A stretch of 64,000 nucleotides of DNA, taken from the IMG/VR virus record IMGVR_UViG_3300032007_000010; one strand, given 5' to 3'. The stretch comes from a virus (lineage: Duplodnaviria; Caudoviricetes). The notes under the pieces were generated by a model. That model did no database searches and was not told the origin of the DNA. It saw only the letters and a list, made by a program, of their open reading frames with translations. Positions 29,837 through 40,439 of the stretch are shown one piece after another (within the stretch, counting starts at the first letter, position 1; every line of letters begins with the position of its first letter). The position numbers were made by a program, and so were the translations under genes.

Positions 29837-32119
29837 TCACATGATGAGTCCAATGAGCGATTCCATTTCAGCACTCACAGACTCGTTGGTGGTCTTTTCC
29901 TGGGATTCGATGAATTTCTCGAGCTCCTCCATGGCCGAGAGCTGCTGCTTCTCGATCTCGGCAAGCTTCTTGGCGATGCTCTCGCAGGCTCTGGAGGATT
30001 GACGTTCGATCTCGGTCAGAGTGTTCACCGAGGATTTGGTGGTGTTCGCGTCCTCGATGATGATCTGATTGAGTTCCACAGAATCCTTGGTTTTGTCGGA
30101 GGAAACATTTTTGTGTCTCTCGAACCATTCCTTGATGCTCTTGATCATGTTTCTGACAATTTCGATGAATCGAGCGAATAGCTTTCTCAGGAAATCGATC
30201 GCCTTCTTGACAGCAGTTTTCACATGACTCCAGAGGGTTGCAACCGTGATTGCCTCCAGCAAGGTTCCCTCGTCGAGCACAGGAACATCGAATTCGTCAT
30301 CCGTCGACTGTGCAAAGTACCATGCCTCGCCGAGCATCTCGGCCGCCTCGTTTAGGTAGCTCTCGGCCGAAGCGTATAGATCAACATCCATCGCATCCTC
30401 GACGATGAGCGAATTCCTGGCATAGTGAACCTTCACACCTTTGATCTTCTTGAACTTCGGATCCAGATTCATATGACCCGGATTGCACATCGAGAGATAG
30501 ATGTTCTTTGAACCATGATCGATTAGACTCTGGAGCAGTTCATTCACATCGGTGAAGGTACCATGTTCGGTGGAAATCGGCTGGCAAGTCCAGACCATAT
30601 CACGATTGGCACGTCGAATCAATTCATTGCCAGCGCGAGCTCCACGATTTGTGATCTTCGACTGATCTGCGATCTCATCCTTGTACTTTTGATAATCAGT
30701 CCAGAGTTTGTGAGCATTCTTCTTATCGGAATCGGTCAGATCATTGTCTGGATAATGTTTGTCAAAATCAACAACATATTTGATTATCTGCCATGAGCAG
30801 TAGGGATTATCGATTGGATCAAGTTCCTTTTCAAAAAACTTATCAAGCGACTTGTTTTGGTTCTGATAGTTGCGCAGAGCCTTCTTCTGCATATCCAATA
30901 TTTTCTTATCAGAATCGGAGGGTTCACCTTTGCTCTCTACTCGTTTGATGGCAGATTCAAGGCCGTCGATCATGTCGTCGTTGGATATGTGTAGATACTC
31001 GAGTGCACTGTTTAGTTCATATGCACCATGCTCGAACGCATCGAAATAATCCTTCACCTTTCGTTTCGAATCAAGCAGATCGATCTCGGTTTTATGCTTA
31101 ATGCGTCTCATTTCTCTGTTGGTCGTATTGGCATCCTTGTATTTGTAGCTACCATGACATGAAACAACGGTATCGTACTCGATGCAATGCTGAATAATAC
31201 GATCGATGGTTTCGGTATGCTCAAAACCCGTTTTCCCCTTGGTTACGTAGAATTTTCCCGCTCCGAGCTTGGAGAAGTCGTAACCGTAGCTCGTCTTGAA
31301 GCTCTTCTCATTGTCCTTGAGGGCATCCTTGATATTCTTCACCGAAAGCGCTCGTACCTGATCATCATTGGACTCGAGTCCACGCATGAGCACCAGTGCC
31401 TCGGCTTCGGTGTATCCGAGTAGCTCATGATTCATGGAAAGCATTGCTCGGAGCGCCGCACAGATCATGTCACAATAGTCGATGCGGCTTTGGATCATGC
31501 GATGAACTTTCTTTGGATCAGTCTCCTTTGTTCCATACCCAACCGAGAGAATCAATTCGCTTGCAAGATTGTCCCAATCACTACGATACTCGGCGTTTTC
31601 TCCGGTATATTCAGCAAAGCGTTCTGCAAAGGTTTTGATCGAAGAGCACATGCGTTCAAAGACGAGCAGGTTATTATTACGCTGAAGCAGTTCTTTGGTA
31701 TCATAGATGCCGGCTCTAACCTTGGTGTTGCGAGAATTTTCTAGGTACTGGTCGATCTTGTTGTACTTGTCGGTTAGTTCATCAAGATGAGCACTCGCCA
31801 TCGCATTGTAAGCACCAACAATGTTCTCGGAGAGCAGGATCGCTTCGTCGCGTTCCTTGTGATAGTCCTCGATGGCGATGTGAATCATGTCATCCAGCAC
31901 ACCACCGTGAACAAAATCGGCTTTTTCCAGATGATCCGGATGTGCAATGTTTGTTCCATTCCACTCGGCACGGAGGCGCTCTTCGTTCCATCCTTTATGT
32001 TCGGCCGCAGCAACCAGTCTCTCACGCAGCGCCTCTGGAATCATGTCGTAGGATACGAAGGTTGTGGCACCGTGAGTCTCTGTGACCTCGAGCAATGCTA
32101 CCTGGGTCTCTCTGAGCAT
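29837..32119 (-). CDS. Putative clan CD (caspase-fold)-like cysteine protease, paralog 3, probably virion-associated
   Basis: DTVVSCHG...WTCQP...DVNEL...NIYLSMCNPG; C-terminal amphipathic module shared with its paralogs. Confidence 0.55.
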   Translation of the reverse strand: MLRETQVALLEVTETHGATTFVSYDMIPEALRERLVAAAEHKGWNEERLRAEWNGTNIAHPDHLEKADFVHGGVLDDMIHIAIEDYHKERDEAILLSENIVGAYNAMASAHLDELTDKYNKIDQYLENSRNTKVRAGIYDTKELLQRNNNLLVFERMCSSIKTFAERFAEYTGENAEYRSDWDNLASELILSVGYGTKETDPKKVHRMIQSRIDYCDMICAALRAMLSMNHELLGYTEAEALVLMRGLESNDDQVRALSVKNIKDALKDNEKSFKTSYGYDFSKLGAGKFYVTKGKTGFEHTETIDRIIQHCIEYDTVVSCHGSYKYKDANTTNREMRRIKHKTEIDLLDSKRKVKDYFDAFEHGAYELNSALEYLHISNDDMIDGLESAIKRVESKGEPSDSDKKILDMQKKALRNYQNQNKSLDKFFEKELDPIDNPYCSWQIIKYVVDFDKHYPDNDLTDSDKKNAHKLWTDYQKYKDEIADQSKITNRGARAGNELIRRANRDMVWTCQPISTEHGTFTDVNELLQSLIDHGSKNIYLSMCNPGHMNLDPKFKKIKGVKVHYARNSLIVEDAMDVDLYASAESYLNEAAEMLGEAWYFAQSTDDEFDVPVLDEGTLLEAITVATLWSHVKTAVKKAIDFLRKLFARFIEIVRNMIKSIKEWFERHKNVSSDKTKDSVELNQIIIEDANTTKSSVNTLTEIERQSSRACESIAKKLAEIEKQQLSAMEELEKFIESQEKTTNESVSAEMESLIGLIM

Positions 32120-32121
32120 GA

Positions 32122-32442
32122 TTAACCAACCCCTTTCTTGGTGTTATTCTGAAAGCCAATCTTGCCCTTACAACTCGAGGTTGGCATAAATACCACCGAG
32201 GTGCTGATGATCGAGTAATCTGCTGGTCGAATGAAAAGCGTTCTTGGCACCTGTTTTCCGTGTGCTGGAAGATCAATTTGAAACATATGATCTTGATCTT
32301 CGATTGCTTTGGTCAGCTCTCCATCTAACCAAGCCTTGATCTCGAGGGCTTCCTTGCGACTACGGCATTTGCGGGTCATGTCGATTGCTTTATCATAGCG
32401 CTTGTTCTCAGCGGCAATACCCACCGCATAGTATCCTTTCAT
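32122..32442 (-). CDS. Hypothetical protein
   Basis: ggaggtg RBS, in operon. Confidence 0.7.
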   Translation of the reverse strand: MKGYYAVGIAAENKRYDKAIDMTRKCRSRKEALEIKAWLDGELTKAIEDQDHMFQIDLPAHGKQVPRTLFIRPADYSIISTSVVFMPTSSCKGKIGFQNNTKKGVG

Positions 32443-32457
32443 GCTAACACCTCCGGA

Positions 32458-34758
32458 TCATCGCATGATCAGACGCATGAGGCTCTCCATCTGTGGTTCG
32501 GCGCCGGAGGCCTGTTTGTCGGCGAAGTCTTCGAGTCTGCGGAAATTCTCGGTCTGTTCGCGCTCGAGCTCGGATACCTTGCGATTGATCTTCTCGCAGG
32601 CGGACACAACCTCCTTCTCCATGGAAGCGATGTCCTTGATCTGGTACTGTCGAAGCTGTGCATCCTCGACCAGGAACACCGCGCCGGGCACCGGAGACGA
32701 GAGCTTTCCGCTCTTGGCACGCCCGAGCAGAGATTTGACGTTCTCGCGAATCTTCTTGATCATCGCGGCAAGGAAGGCGAGCATCTTCTTGAACCAACCC
32801 GCCACGGCGGCGGCGGCCTTGCGGACGATGGCCTTGATCTTTGCCCAGAGCTCGGCCGCGGTCACCTCGTTCATGGGTTCGAAACTCTCCACGAGCATCG
32901 CGTAGTCATCTTCAACAATGTCATCGTCGAACTCGCCCAGACCGAAGTCCATCACAAACTCATCGAGATGAGCCGAGGTTTCGTTGATGATATCATCGAG
33001 CATGTTCCAGCCGGCACCATCGGACTCCTCGGCGGAGGACTCCACAACAACGCTGGACATCGGATACTCAACCTTCGCCTTCATGCGCTTCCGAAGCTCC
33101 TCGGTCTCCTTGTCGAGCTTCTGGCCGCCGGGATTGCAGGAGAGCAGAAGAATGTTCTTGAAGCCATTGTTGAGCAAGCTCTTGACCAGCTCATTCACAT
33201 CCTCGTACTTGGATCCATCGATGGACTTGATGGGCTGGATGGTCCAGCGCGCATCCGCACCGTCGGATTCTTCGAAGATCTCCATATACTTCTGGAGCAT
33301 GATCTGACTGATGGTGGCCTGCTGCTGAGCAAAGGACTTGACCACGAACTGATCCTGGGCCTTCTCGCCATCGTCCGCGTAGTTCTCGCGGGATGCCTCG
33401 ACCGCGTCCTTCCAGACATCGTTGATCGCATCATTGAGCTGTTCAAGCACCTCATCGATGGCCTCTTTGTATTCGGAGAAGATCTTATCGGCGCGCTTCG
33501 GGTCGTAGTTGTCCCAGCTCTTCTTGTCGATCTTTCCGAAGGTGGCATTGATGGTCTTGTCGGTCTTCTCGATCGCGGAACCTATGGCCACCGCCACCTT
33601 CTGCGGAACCTGGGCAACGGCCTTGTCCCACTTCGGTTTGAAGGCGTTGTAGCGCTGCTCGTAGTATCTCTTCAGGTCGATGGCCAGCTTGTCCGCGCGC
33701 TTGCGGAGATCAGCCATAGCCTCGTTCTCGTAGGCACCGTGGCCGATCACCACCGCATCATGGGTGGAGAGAAGCTGCAGCGTGCGATCGATCTTCTGGG
33801 AGACCTCGTGTGGTCCGAGAAACCCGTCATCCTCGGAGACCGTGAAGAGCACACCGTAGCCGAGCGATCGCAGATCCCAGATGGTATCCTTGTGGAACTT
33901 GTTCTCGTTCTTGGCGATGAGCTCCTTGACCTCGCGCACGCCGGCCTGCCAGGTTTTCTGATCCTTGGAGTCGAGCTTGGTGGTCAGCAGCTCGGCCTCG
34001 GCCTTGGTGATGCCGAGGATGTTGTAGTTCATGCGCACCATGTTGCGGAAGGTCTGGAGCTGGGCATTGCACATGGTGATGCGATACTGGAGCTGTGCCT
34101 TGATCTCCTGGGGAGTGCTCTTTGGTTCATAGGTCCACTCGGTGGCGAGCTTGCGCATATCGCCGAGGTTGAGCGGTCCCTCCTCGGGATCTCCGAAAAC
34201 ATCCATGTATTCCTTGTACTGATTCACCAGCAACGAATAGATCGTCTGGAGCTGTGTGCATCCTGCGTAGATCATCGACGACACATCTGGGGCCTCGTCT
34301 TCCATGCTACGCTCGCCCGTGGCGTGGGCAATGAGCTCGTCCTCGTACCTCTTGATGGTCTCCCAGGCCTTCTTGGCGTCACCCTCGATCATCTCGTTGT
34401 AGGCCTTGACCACGTCCTGCGATGCGAGCACCGCCTCGTCGAGTTCCTTGTTGTACTCCTCGAGCACACGCATGGCTCGGTCGGTGATGGTGTCGGATCC
34501 GGCCACCGCCACGTTTGTGTTCTGGATAGCGTTCGGGCCGGAGGTCTTTTCATGCGCGTCGCGCACGCTTTCCTCATCTCCGCCGATTCCGAAGTCCGCA
34601 TACTCATGCTCCGCACCTGCGAGAACCTTCTTCCGGAACCATTCGGGGAGCGCATCGAAGCTTAGCTCGACCTGTTTCATGCCTCCGGCTTCCTTCTTGA
34701 CATCCTCGAGCATCGGTTCGAGGTATCCAACTGGACTGGAAATAAGCAAGGGAATCAC
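32458..34758 (-). CDS. Putative clan CD-like cysteine protease, paralog 2
   Basis: DAVVIGHG...WTIQP...DVNEL...NILLLSCNPG. Confidence 0.55.
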   Translation of the reverse strand: MIPLLISSPVGYLEPMLEDVKKEAGGMKQVELSFDALPEWFRKKVLAGAEHEYADFGIGGDEESVRDAHEKTSGPNAIQNTNVAVAGSDTITDRAMRVLEEYNKELDEAVLASQDVVKAYNEMIEGDAKKAWETIKRYEDELIAHATGERSMEDEAPDVSSMIYAGCTQLQTIYSLLVNQYKEYMDVFGDPEEGPLNLGDMRKLATEWTYEPKSTPQEIKAQLQYRITMCNAQLQTFRNMVRMNYNILGITKAEAELLTTKLDSKDQKTWQAGVREVKELIAKNENKFHKDTIWDLRSLGYGVLFTVSEDDGFLGPHEVSQKIDRTLQLLSTHDAVVIGHGAYENEAMADLRKRADKLAIDLKRYYEQRYNAFKPKWDKAVAQVPQKVAVAIGSAIEKTDKTINATFGKIDKKSWDNYDPKRADKIFSEYKEAIDEVLEQLNDAINDVWKDAVEASRENYADDGEKAQDQFVVKSFAQQQATISQIMLQKYMEIFEESDGADARWTIQPIKSIDGSKYEDVNELVKSLLNNGFKNILLLSCNPGGQKLDKETEELRKRMKAKVEYPMSSVVVESSAEESDGAGWNMLDDIINETSAHLDEFVMDFGLGEFDDDIVEDDYAMLVESFEPMNEVTAAELWAKIKAIVRKAAAAVAGWFKKMLAFLAAMIKKIRENVKSLLGRAKSGKLSSPVPGAVFLVEDAQLRQYQIKDIASMEKEVVSACEKINRKVSELEREQTENFRRLEDFADKQASGAEPQMESLMRLIMR

Positions 34759-34775
34759 TCCTTTGTCTGTTTATT

Positions 34776-34790
34776 CATTATAGAAATGTC
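34776..34790 (-). promoter_or_regulatory. Putative late-type promoter
   Basis: GACAtttctaTAATG on the minus strand. Confidence 0.6.
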
Positions 34791-34836
34791 CCAGAATATC
34801 AGGATCCCCGGAATTGACCGGGGATCCTGTCGTGGC

Positions 34837-37800
34837 TCATCTGCAACGTTTGCTGCGCCAATCCTCGAATTTGGGCGTGCTGTATTCGAAAATGCTGGGT
34901 TCACTGTCGTGGCTATAGTACCACACCTTTTTCGACCTGAGTGAGAAGAGGAAGTGATCACCGTTGCCCACCGCACCGAGCGGGATGAGCTGATATTTAT
35001 CAAACTCCTTCTCCTCTTCCTCGGTGTCGGCGCCATAGAATCTCTTTGTGAGTTCGGGGGTACCGTAGATCATGCGGCCGAGGGTTGCGATATCGGAGGT
35101 GCTGAGACCCTCAAACTTCCCATCATAGGTATCTTCACAGAAGTATGAAATGACAGCCTTGGGAGTCACTTTGATCTTGGTGTCACCATTTGGGCCGTTA
35201 ATGAAATCGGGGCATTTCTCGAGAATCTTGGTTGCTTTGGCCTCATCGAACGTACCAAGCGCAGCCTCGTTCAGCCAGCCGCTCATGAGCTCTTCGGCGG
35301 ACTCGTTCTGTGCCTCTGGATTTGCCTTGGCGTAGAGATCCTCGGCCACATCCTTCGGAAGGTATCCGACGATGTTGACGAGGTTCGGCTCCTTGGTCGT
35401 GGTTTCGACCTTGAACGGAACATTGCGCGAACGGAGCCAGGATTGGGTCGTGGTCGCGGCCTTCTTGGCGAGCGCCTCGACGCGCTTGTTGATCTCTTCG
35501 TCGCCACGATTCTGCACGTAAACATAGCCAAGATCGACACCCCATGCCTTCTTGCCTTTGTATTCGTCGGTGGGGCCATAGTATACCACGAAGTCGGTGC
35601 CGATTTCGATGCCATCTTCCTTGTCCTTTTCGCCGAGGAGGGTCTTGAGCTTCTCATCGAGCTCATCTTCGCCGGTCATGTAGTTGTCGGCGATCCAGCC
35701 GCGAATCTTCTTGTTGAGCTTCCGTTCCGCACGATTCTCCTTGACCTTCGCGAGCACCGCCTCGCCGAGCGCAGCATAGTCCTCGGAGGATGCACACTCG
35801 TTCTGAATCTTGGTCAGCGCGGCGTTGAGGTCCTTGAGCGAATCCATGCAGCGCTTCTCGAGGGTTTGGATCTGCTCGCCGATGCTTTCGCAGGACCTGA
35901 CCATGGAGGACTCGAGTTCGCTCCAGCTCGTCACGGCCTTCTCCTCAAACTTGGCCTTGTCTCCATCCACAGCGATGGCGGGATTCGGGACACCGTCGGC
36001 CAGCTTGTCCTCGACGGTCTTGCCCTTCTTCACGTCCTTGAAGAAGCCGTGAATCTTGTCGATCATCCGACGGAACTTCTCGATGCCCCGCTTGAAGAGG
36101 TTGGAGAACTTCACCGCTGTGAGCTTGATGATGTTCTTGATCTTTGCCCAGAGGTCGGAGACCCCCTCGTCGATGATCTCGTCGCCCAGCGCAATCGCGG
36201 CCTCGTTGAGCGATTCGACCTCGTGGTAGGAGAATCCAAGCTCCTCGCAGGCCTCCATGAGATGGAGCTCGGTCTCGTTCATGATGTCATAGCAGTGGGA
36301 GAATTCACTGATCTCGTCGGCGCCGTAGGTACCCTCGGCGAGGAGGCTGTTGGTGGCAACCTTGAAGGTCACATCCTTCATCTCCCTGAGGTCCTTGTCC
36401 AATTCATGATGACCCGGGTTGCAGGACATGATGCAGATGTTCTTGAAACCTTCGCGCGCGAGCTGGCGACAAATCTCATTGACATCGGTGAGCGCTCCGG
36501 AGGATTTCTCGGTGCGCACGGGCTGGCAGTACCATACCTTCTTGCCGGAGAAGAGTCCGTTTTCGATGCGGGCGTATTGATACCAGGCACGCTGATATCT
36601 TCCGGCCACGCTCTGGATCTTCTTCTTGGCATCGGCGATCTCCTGGTTGAGATCGGCAACCTGCTTCTTGTACTCTTCCATGTTCTTGGCACCAACGAGA
36701 CCATTCATATCGGTGATGAGTCGATCAACGACCTGGATGGCCTGGGCCAGATCCACGTTTGCCTGGTCGAGTTGCTTGCGCAGCGTTTCAATCTCCTTGG
36801 CATCGGTCTGGGCGGGATCGAGTCTGTCGAGCTGCGCCGCAATCTTGTCACGCACGGCCTTGAGCTTGAGCGCTTCCTTCTTGGCGGAGTCAATCTTTTT
36901 GCCGAACTCCTCGCGGATCTTCTTGACCTCGGGCGATTCGTCACGTTTGATGTTGCGCATGATGCGCGCCTTCTCGTCCTCGAGCTTTTCGATCTTGGAG
37001 ATGAGGTCTTCTACCTTCTTGGTGATGGGATGAAGCACTTCGTTGTTATACTTCATACCCTTCCTGGTCTGAGAACCACCATGGGCGAGCACCGTGGCAT
37101 CATGGTTGAGGCAGACACCGAGAATATGATCGATGGCAGTAAAGACATCCAGACCCATCTTGTCGGTGGTGTAGAAGAGCACACCGCCGCCCACGGAACG
37201 GAAATCAAACATGCCGTCACGGGGCTGGAACTTCTTCTTGTTCTGGATGATGAGCTGCTTGACCTGTCGGATCGACGCGGTGCGTTCCTTCTCGTTGCCA
37301 TTCTTTATGGATACCGAGAGCATCTTTGCCTGGTCCTTGGTGATGCCAAGCATCGCGTAGTTCATGTCGAGCATGGTGCTCAGGGTTCCGACCATGGCCT
37401 CGTACATGGCGAGGCGTGCCTTGAGGATGGCCTTGATCTCCTCGGGATCATTGCTAGGCTGATAGACACAGTTGATGACCATCTGACGAATCTCCGCCTC
37501 GGTGAGACGAATCTCCATGCCGGCGCCATGCGTCTTGTCAACGGCGCCCTGCATATCCAGCACCATTCTGAGCGCATTGAGCACGGGCTGGAGACCGGCC
37601 TCGGCGATGGCGCGCTGCGCATCTTCATTGGACATGTTTTTGAGGCAGGCCATGACAAAGTCGATGGCCTTCTGGGCCTGACCCTGGAGCATCGCATTGT
37701 AGGCCTTCACAATGTTCTCGGCATTGAGGACCGCCTCATCCTGTTCTTTCTTATACTGATCCATGGCACGAACGAGCACCGTATTGATGGCATCGCCCTC

Positions 37801-38022
37801 CTGGAGCGAAGACCTGTCCTGGGTCGCCCAGCGTGTGCCGTTGATATAGTTGATGATCATGGCCATGGGATAACCATTCTTGGAGGCCCACTCCTGGAGC
37901 TCACGCTTGACGCGGGGAGGGAGATCCTTGTAGGATACGTGCAGCTCACGCATCTTGTTCACCGCCTCATCGAGCAGCGGCGTTGCCAGCCCAATGTGGC
38001 AAAGTTCAACACTCTGCATCAT
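34837..38022 (-). CDS. Putative clan CD-like cysteine protease, paralog 1, with extra C-terminal domains (last one SMI1/KNR4-like)
   Basis: DATVLAHG...WYCQP...DVNEI...NICIMSCNPG; terminal LIPLGAVGNGDHFLFS...VWYYSHD resembles SMI1/KNR4. Confidence 0.55.
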   Translation of the reverse strand: MMQSVELCHIGLATPLLDEAVNKMRELHVSYKDLPPRVKRELQEWASKNGYPMAMIINYINGTRWATQDRSSLQEGDAINTVLVRAMDQYKKEQDEAVLNAENIVKAYNAMLQGQAQKAIDFVMACLKNMSNEDAQRAIAEAGLQPVLNALRMVLDMQGAVDKTHGAGMEIRLTEAEIRQMVINCVYQPSNDPEEIKAILKARLAMYEAMVGTLSTMLDMNYAMLGITKDQAKMLSVSIKNGNEKERTASIRQVKQLIIQNKKKFQPRDGMFDFRSVGGGVLFYTTDKMGLDVFTAIDHILGVCLNHDATVLAHGGSQTRKGMKYNNEVLHPITKKVEDLISKIEKLEDEKARIMRNIKRDESPEVKKIREEFGKKIDSAKKEALKLKAVRDKIAAQLDRLDPAQTDAKEIETLRKQLDQANVDLAQAIQVVDRLITDMNGLVGAKNMEEYKKQVADLNQEIADAKKKIQSVAGRYQRAWYQYARIENGLFSGKKVWYCQPVRTEKSSGALTDVNEICRQLAREGFKNICIMSCNPGHHELDKDLREMKDVTFKVATNSLLAEGTYGADEISEFSHCYDIMNETELHLMEACEELGFSYHEVESLNEAAIALGDEIIDEGVSDLWAKIKNIIKLTAVKFSNLFKRGIEKFRRMIDKIHGFFKDVKKGKTVEDKLADGVPNPAIAVDGDKAKFEEKAVTSWSELESSMVRSCESIGEQIQTLEKRCMDSLKDLNAALTKIQNECASSEDYAALGEAVLAKVKENRAERKLNKKIRGWIADNYMTGEDELDEKLKTLLGEKDKEDGIEIGTDFVVYYGPTDEYKGKKAWGVDLGYVYVQNRGDEEINKRVEALAKKAATTTQSWLRSRNVPFKVETTTKEPNLVNIVGYLPKDVAEDLYAKANPEAQNESAEELMSGWLNEAALGTFDEAKATKILEKCPDFINGPNGDTKIKVTPKAVISYFCEDTYDGKFEGLSTSDIATLGRMIYGTPELTKRFYGADTEEEEKEFDKYQLIPLGAVGNGDHFLFSLRSKKVWYYSHDSEPSIFEYSTPKFEDWRSKRCR

Positions 38023-38040
38023 GATAGTTTACCTCTCCTT

Positions 38041-40431
38041 TCAGTCGAGTTCAGATTGATATTGATCGTAGTTGATATTTTTGCTCTGCTTCGAGCTCGC
38101 CGGACCAATTTCATGGTTTTGTAGCAGATTCTTCGGAAAATCACCGTTGATATCTAAACGCTTGTACCATGGATCCTCCGCAGAGGAACCCGCATCGCTA
38201 CCTAACCCATCATCGGCAACCGCAGTTTCACCCTCGGAAAGCACGTGCACAAGCACAGTTTCACAGAGGACCTCATCCAGGTACCTTGCGTATGGATGAT
38301 TGATCGGGAGCTGGAAGGTGCATTCAAGCTGGCGATATTTTTCATTGAGGTGTTTCACATAGACCGCTCGATCATCCTTCGAAATCTTGGAGATATTATC
38401 CATGGCTTTGCGCACATCAGGCTCATTCACCACCGGATAGAGCTTCTTGGATGGGAGCAGATAGTCATCCTCCTTGAATTCTGCCACACCGGCGGTTTCA
38501 TCGAGCATGGTCACCCAGTCTGCCGCCTCATCGAGCGGAATATCCAGCATGTAGTTGAGACCGTAGAATCCCGCCACCGACTCATCGAGACGGAGCTTCT
38601 TCGGTGCATAGGGATAGATCGGCGAATCCTTCTTGAAACGAATATCCATTCCAAGCTCATCGATGCGACGGCAAATGTTGTGGGCCAGCGTCTTTCGATC
38701 CTCCGGATCCTTGCAGTGGTGGAACATGGAGATTGCCGCCCGCACATGCTTCTCATCGTGGAGTGGATATCGACGCTGTTTCGGAAGACCGAACATTGAG
38801 TCTGGAAGTTTATCCCTCTCGGCCTTGGTCATGGACTCATCGAGATTCTCTTGCGCTTCGATCACAATCGATCCAAAGTTCTTATCCCGTTTCGCATCGG
38901 TAAGTATCACATCATAGCCAGGGTGACGCACATATCGACCGGTATCGTTGCCGGCATTGAGGGTTTGCCCAACAAACTTCTTACCATAACATCTAGCCGC
39001 ATCAAATAGATCATCAATGAGAATCGGTCTGGCGCAATCTAGCTTTTGATCTTTGATCACATCGTCCACGCAGATATGGGCGGAAAGATCGTACACTGGA
39101 TCACCAACCCGTTTGCCGTAGATATTGATCATGCCGGACTGAGTAGGATAAGCGACCGAAGAAAAGACAAGATTTCCAACCTTGATATTGTCTCCATAAT
39201 GATCGAAGCCCAGCATATCCTTTACCCAGGTAGGAGTCTTCCACTCATTTCCGTATGGTTCAAATTCGCACAATGCCTTTGTGCAGTTGACGAATAGCAT
39301 ACTCTTGAGCTTCTCATAGTTCCTATCCTGGCCGGTGCAATATCGACCGAGATGAATCCAGAGGTCACCCTCACCAATATCACCAAATGCACGATCCCAG
39401 GGACCACGACGAAGCTCACGACCCTTGGCATCCTTGGAAAAGCTTGGACCATTGCGCTGTTCCTCGAAATTTTTGAGCATTGCCGGAAGCATCTTCTCGG
39501 TTGAGACGAAGATGCGACGATATTTTCGCGCACTCTCAGCCGTCTCGTGCAGTGCAGATCCGATGAACATCTGATAATAGTTGACCTTTCGCGACTCCAC
39601 TTCTTTCATGGATTCGGCCGAGATCTTGAATCCGTACTTCTTGTACATCTCGATGGCAACTTTATTGTCACAGAACACGGCGAGTGCATTGCCTCGAAGA
39701 TGTTTCACCGCATAGTCGAGGGCCTGCGTGCCAAGACCGTGCCCTCGCAGAGATTTCTCAACCTCGAGGTTTCCGATCCAATTATAGTTGTCCCCCTCTT
39801 CACGCCCATCGTCCGGATATCCAACAGCCACAGCGACGACGGGTTTTCCGTCGAGCTCCCAGCAAACGGTTGCGCAGTATTTCGAACTCGGACCGACATC
39901 CTTGAGAACACCCTTCTTACCTTTCTCGCGAAGATATGTTGTGTCCACGTTGATGAGCTTGAGGTCCGACAGCTTCATGGGTTCGCCCTGTCTATGCTTC
40001 GGATCGAGTTTGGATTTTGACGAGGATTCGGCCAGCATCGAGTCCGGGATATAGTCGTAGTCCGCACGCTTCTCATTATCCATCTCAAGATCAGTCTCCG
40101 TGCTCACATCGTCCCCGATGATGCTGTCGGTCTTCGATTCCGGAAAATCCGTACCATCATCGTGGCGAACATTGGCATTCTTCGCGATAGGAGAATGACT
40201 CGTATAGGCCGGATCGTACACCTGTTCGAGGATGGAGTTTCGAAAGAACTCTTCTCCGGTCATGTCGTGCACATCGTCCACATGATCGTCATTGTGGTCG
40301 AGGAGATTTTCTTCGGGCCTGTGATCATTCTCGAGTTCACGCTTAAGTTCGGTGTAGAATGTATCGAGCCAATCTCTGCGGTTTGCGTTGGGCTCCGGTG
40401 ACACGTTGCTGGGATGATAGTTCATGCTCAT
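38041..40431 (-). CDS. Multidomain protein: GNAT, degenerate phosphoesterase, and two F/Y.LP....YP...E..VR.A repeat modules
   Basis: LEVEKSLRGHGLGT...N..A..MYKKYGF GNAT; DLWIHLG...LVFS...INIYG resembles the 358 phosphoesterase without its metal ligands. Confidence 0.7.
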   Translation of the reverse strand: MSMNYHPSNVSPEPNANRRDWLDTFYTELKRELENDHRPEENLLDHNDDHVDDVHDMTGEEFFRNSILEQVYDPAYTSHSPIAKNANVRHDDGTDFPESKTDSIIGDDVSTETDLEMDNEKRADYDYIPDSMLAESSSKSKLDPKHRQGEPMKLSDLKLINVDTTYLREKGKKGVLKDVGPSSKYCATVCWELDGKPVVAVAVGYPDDGREEGDNYNWIGNLEVEKSLRGHGLGTQALDYAVKHLRGNALAVFCDNKVAIEMYKKYGFKISAESMKEVESRKVNYYQMFIGSALHETAESARKYRRIFVSTEKMLPAMLKNFEEQRNGPSFSKDAKGRELRRGPWDRAFGDIGEGDLWIHLGRYCTGQDRNYEKLKSMLFVNCTKALCEFEPYGNEWKTPTWVKDMLGFDHYGDNIKVGNLVFSSVAYPTQSGMINIYGKRVGDPVYDLSAHICVDDVIKDQKLDCARPILIDDLFDAARCYGKKFVGQTLNAGNDTGRYVRHPGYDVILTDAKRDKNFGSIVIEAQENLDESMTKAERDKLPDSMFGLPKQRRYPLHDEKHVRAAISMFHHCKDPEDRKTLAHNICRRIDELGMDIRFKKDSPIYPYAPKKLRLDESVAGFYGLNYMLDIPLDEAADWVTMLDETAGVAEFKEDDYLLPSKKLYPVVNEPDVRKAMDNISKISKDDRAVYVKHLNEKYRQLECTFQLPINHPYARYLDEVLCETVLVHVLSEGETAVADDGLGSDAGSSAEDPWYKRLDINGDFPKNLLQNHEIGPASSKQSKNINYDQYQSELD

Positions 40432-40439
40432 GATTCAAA

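Noticed and set aside
35443-38124. 893-aa + strand ORF, and similar long antisense ORFs (32968-34665, 49614-51134, 18631-20004, 55624-56898)
   Set aside because: These are shadow frames opposite well-supported genes, expected from codon bias in GC-rich DNA, with no recognisable motifs.
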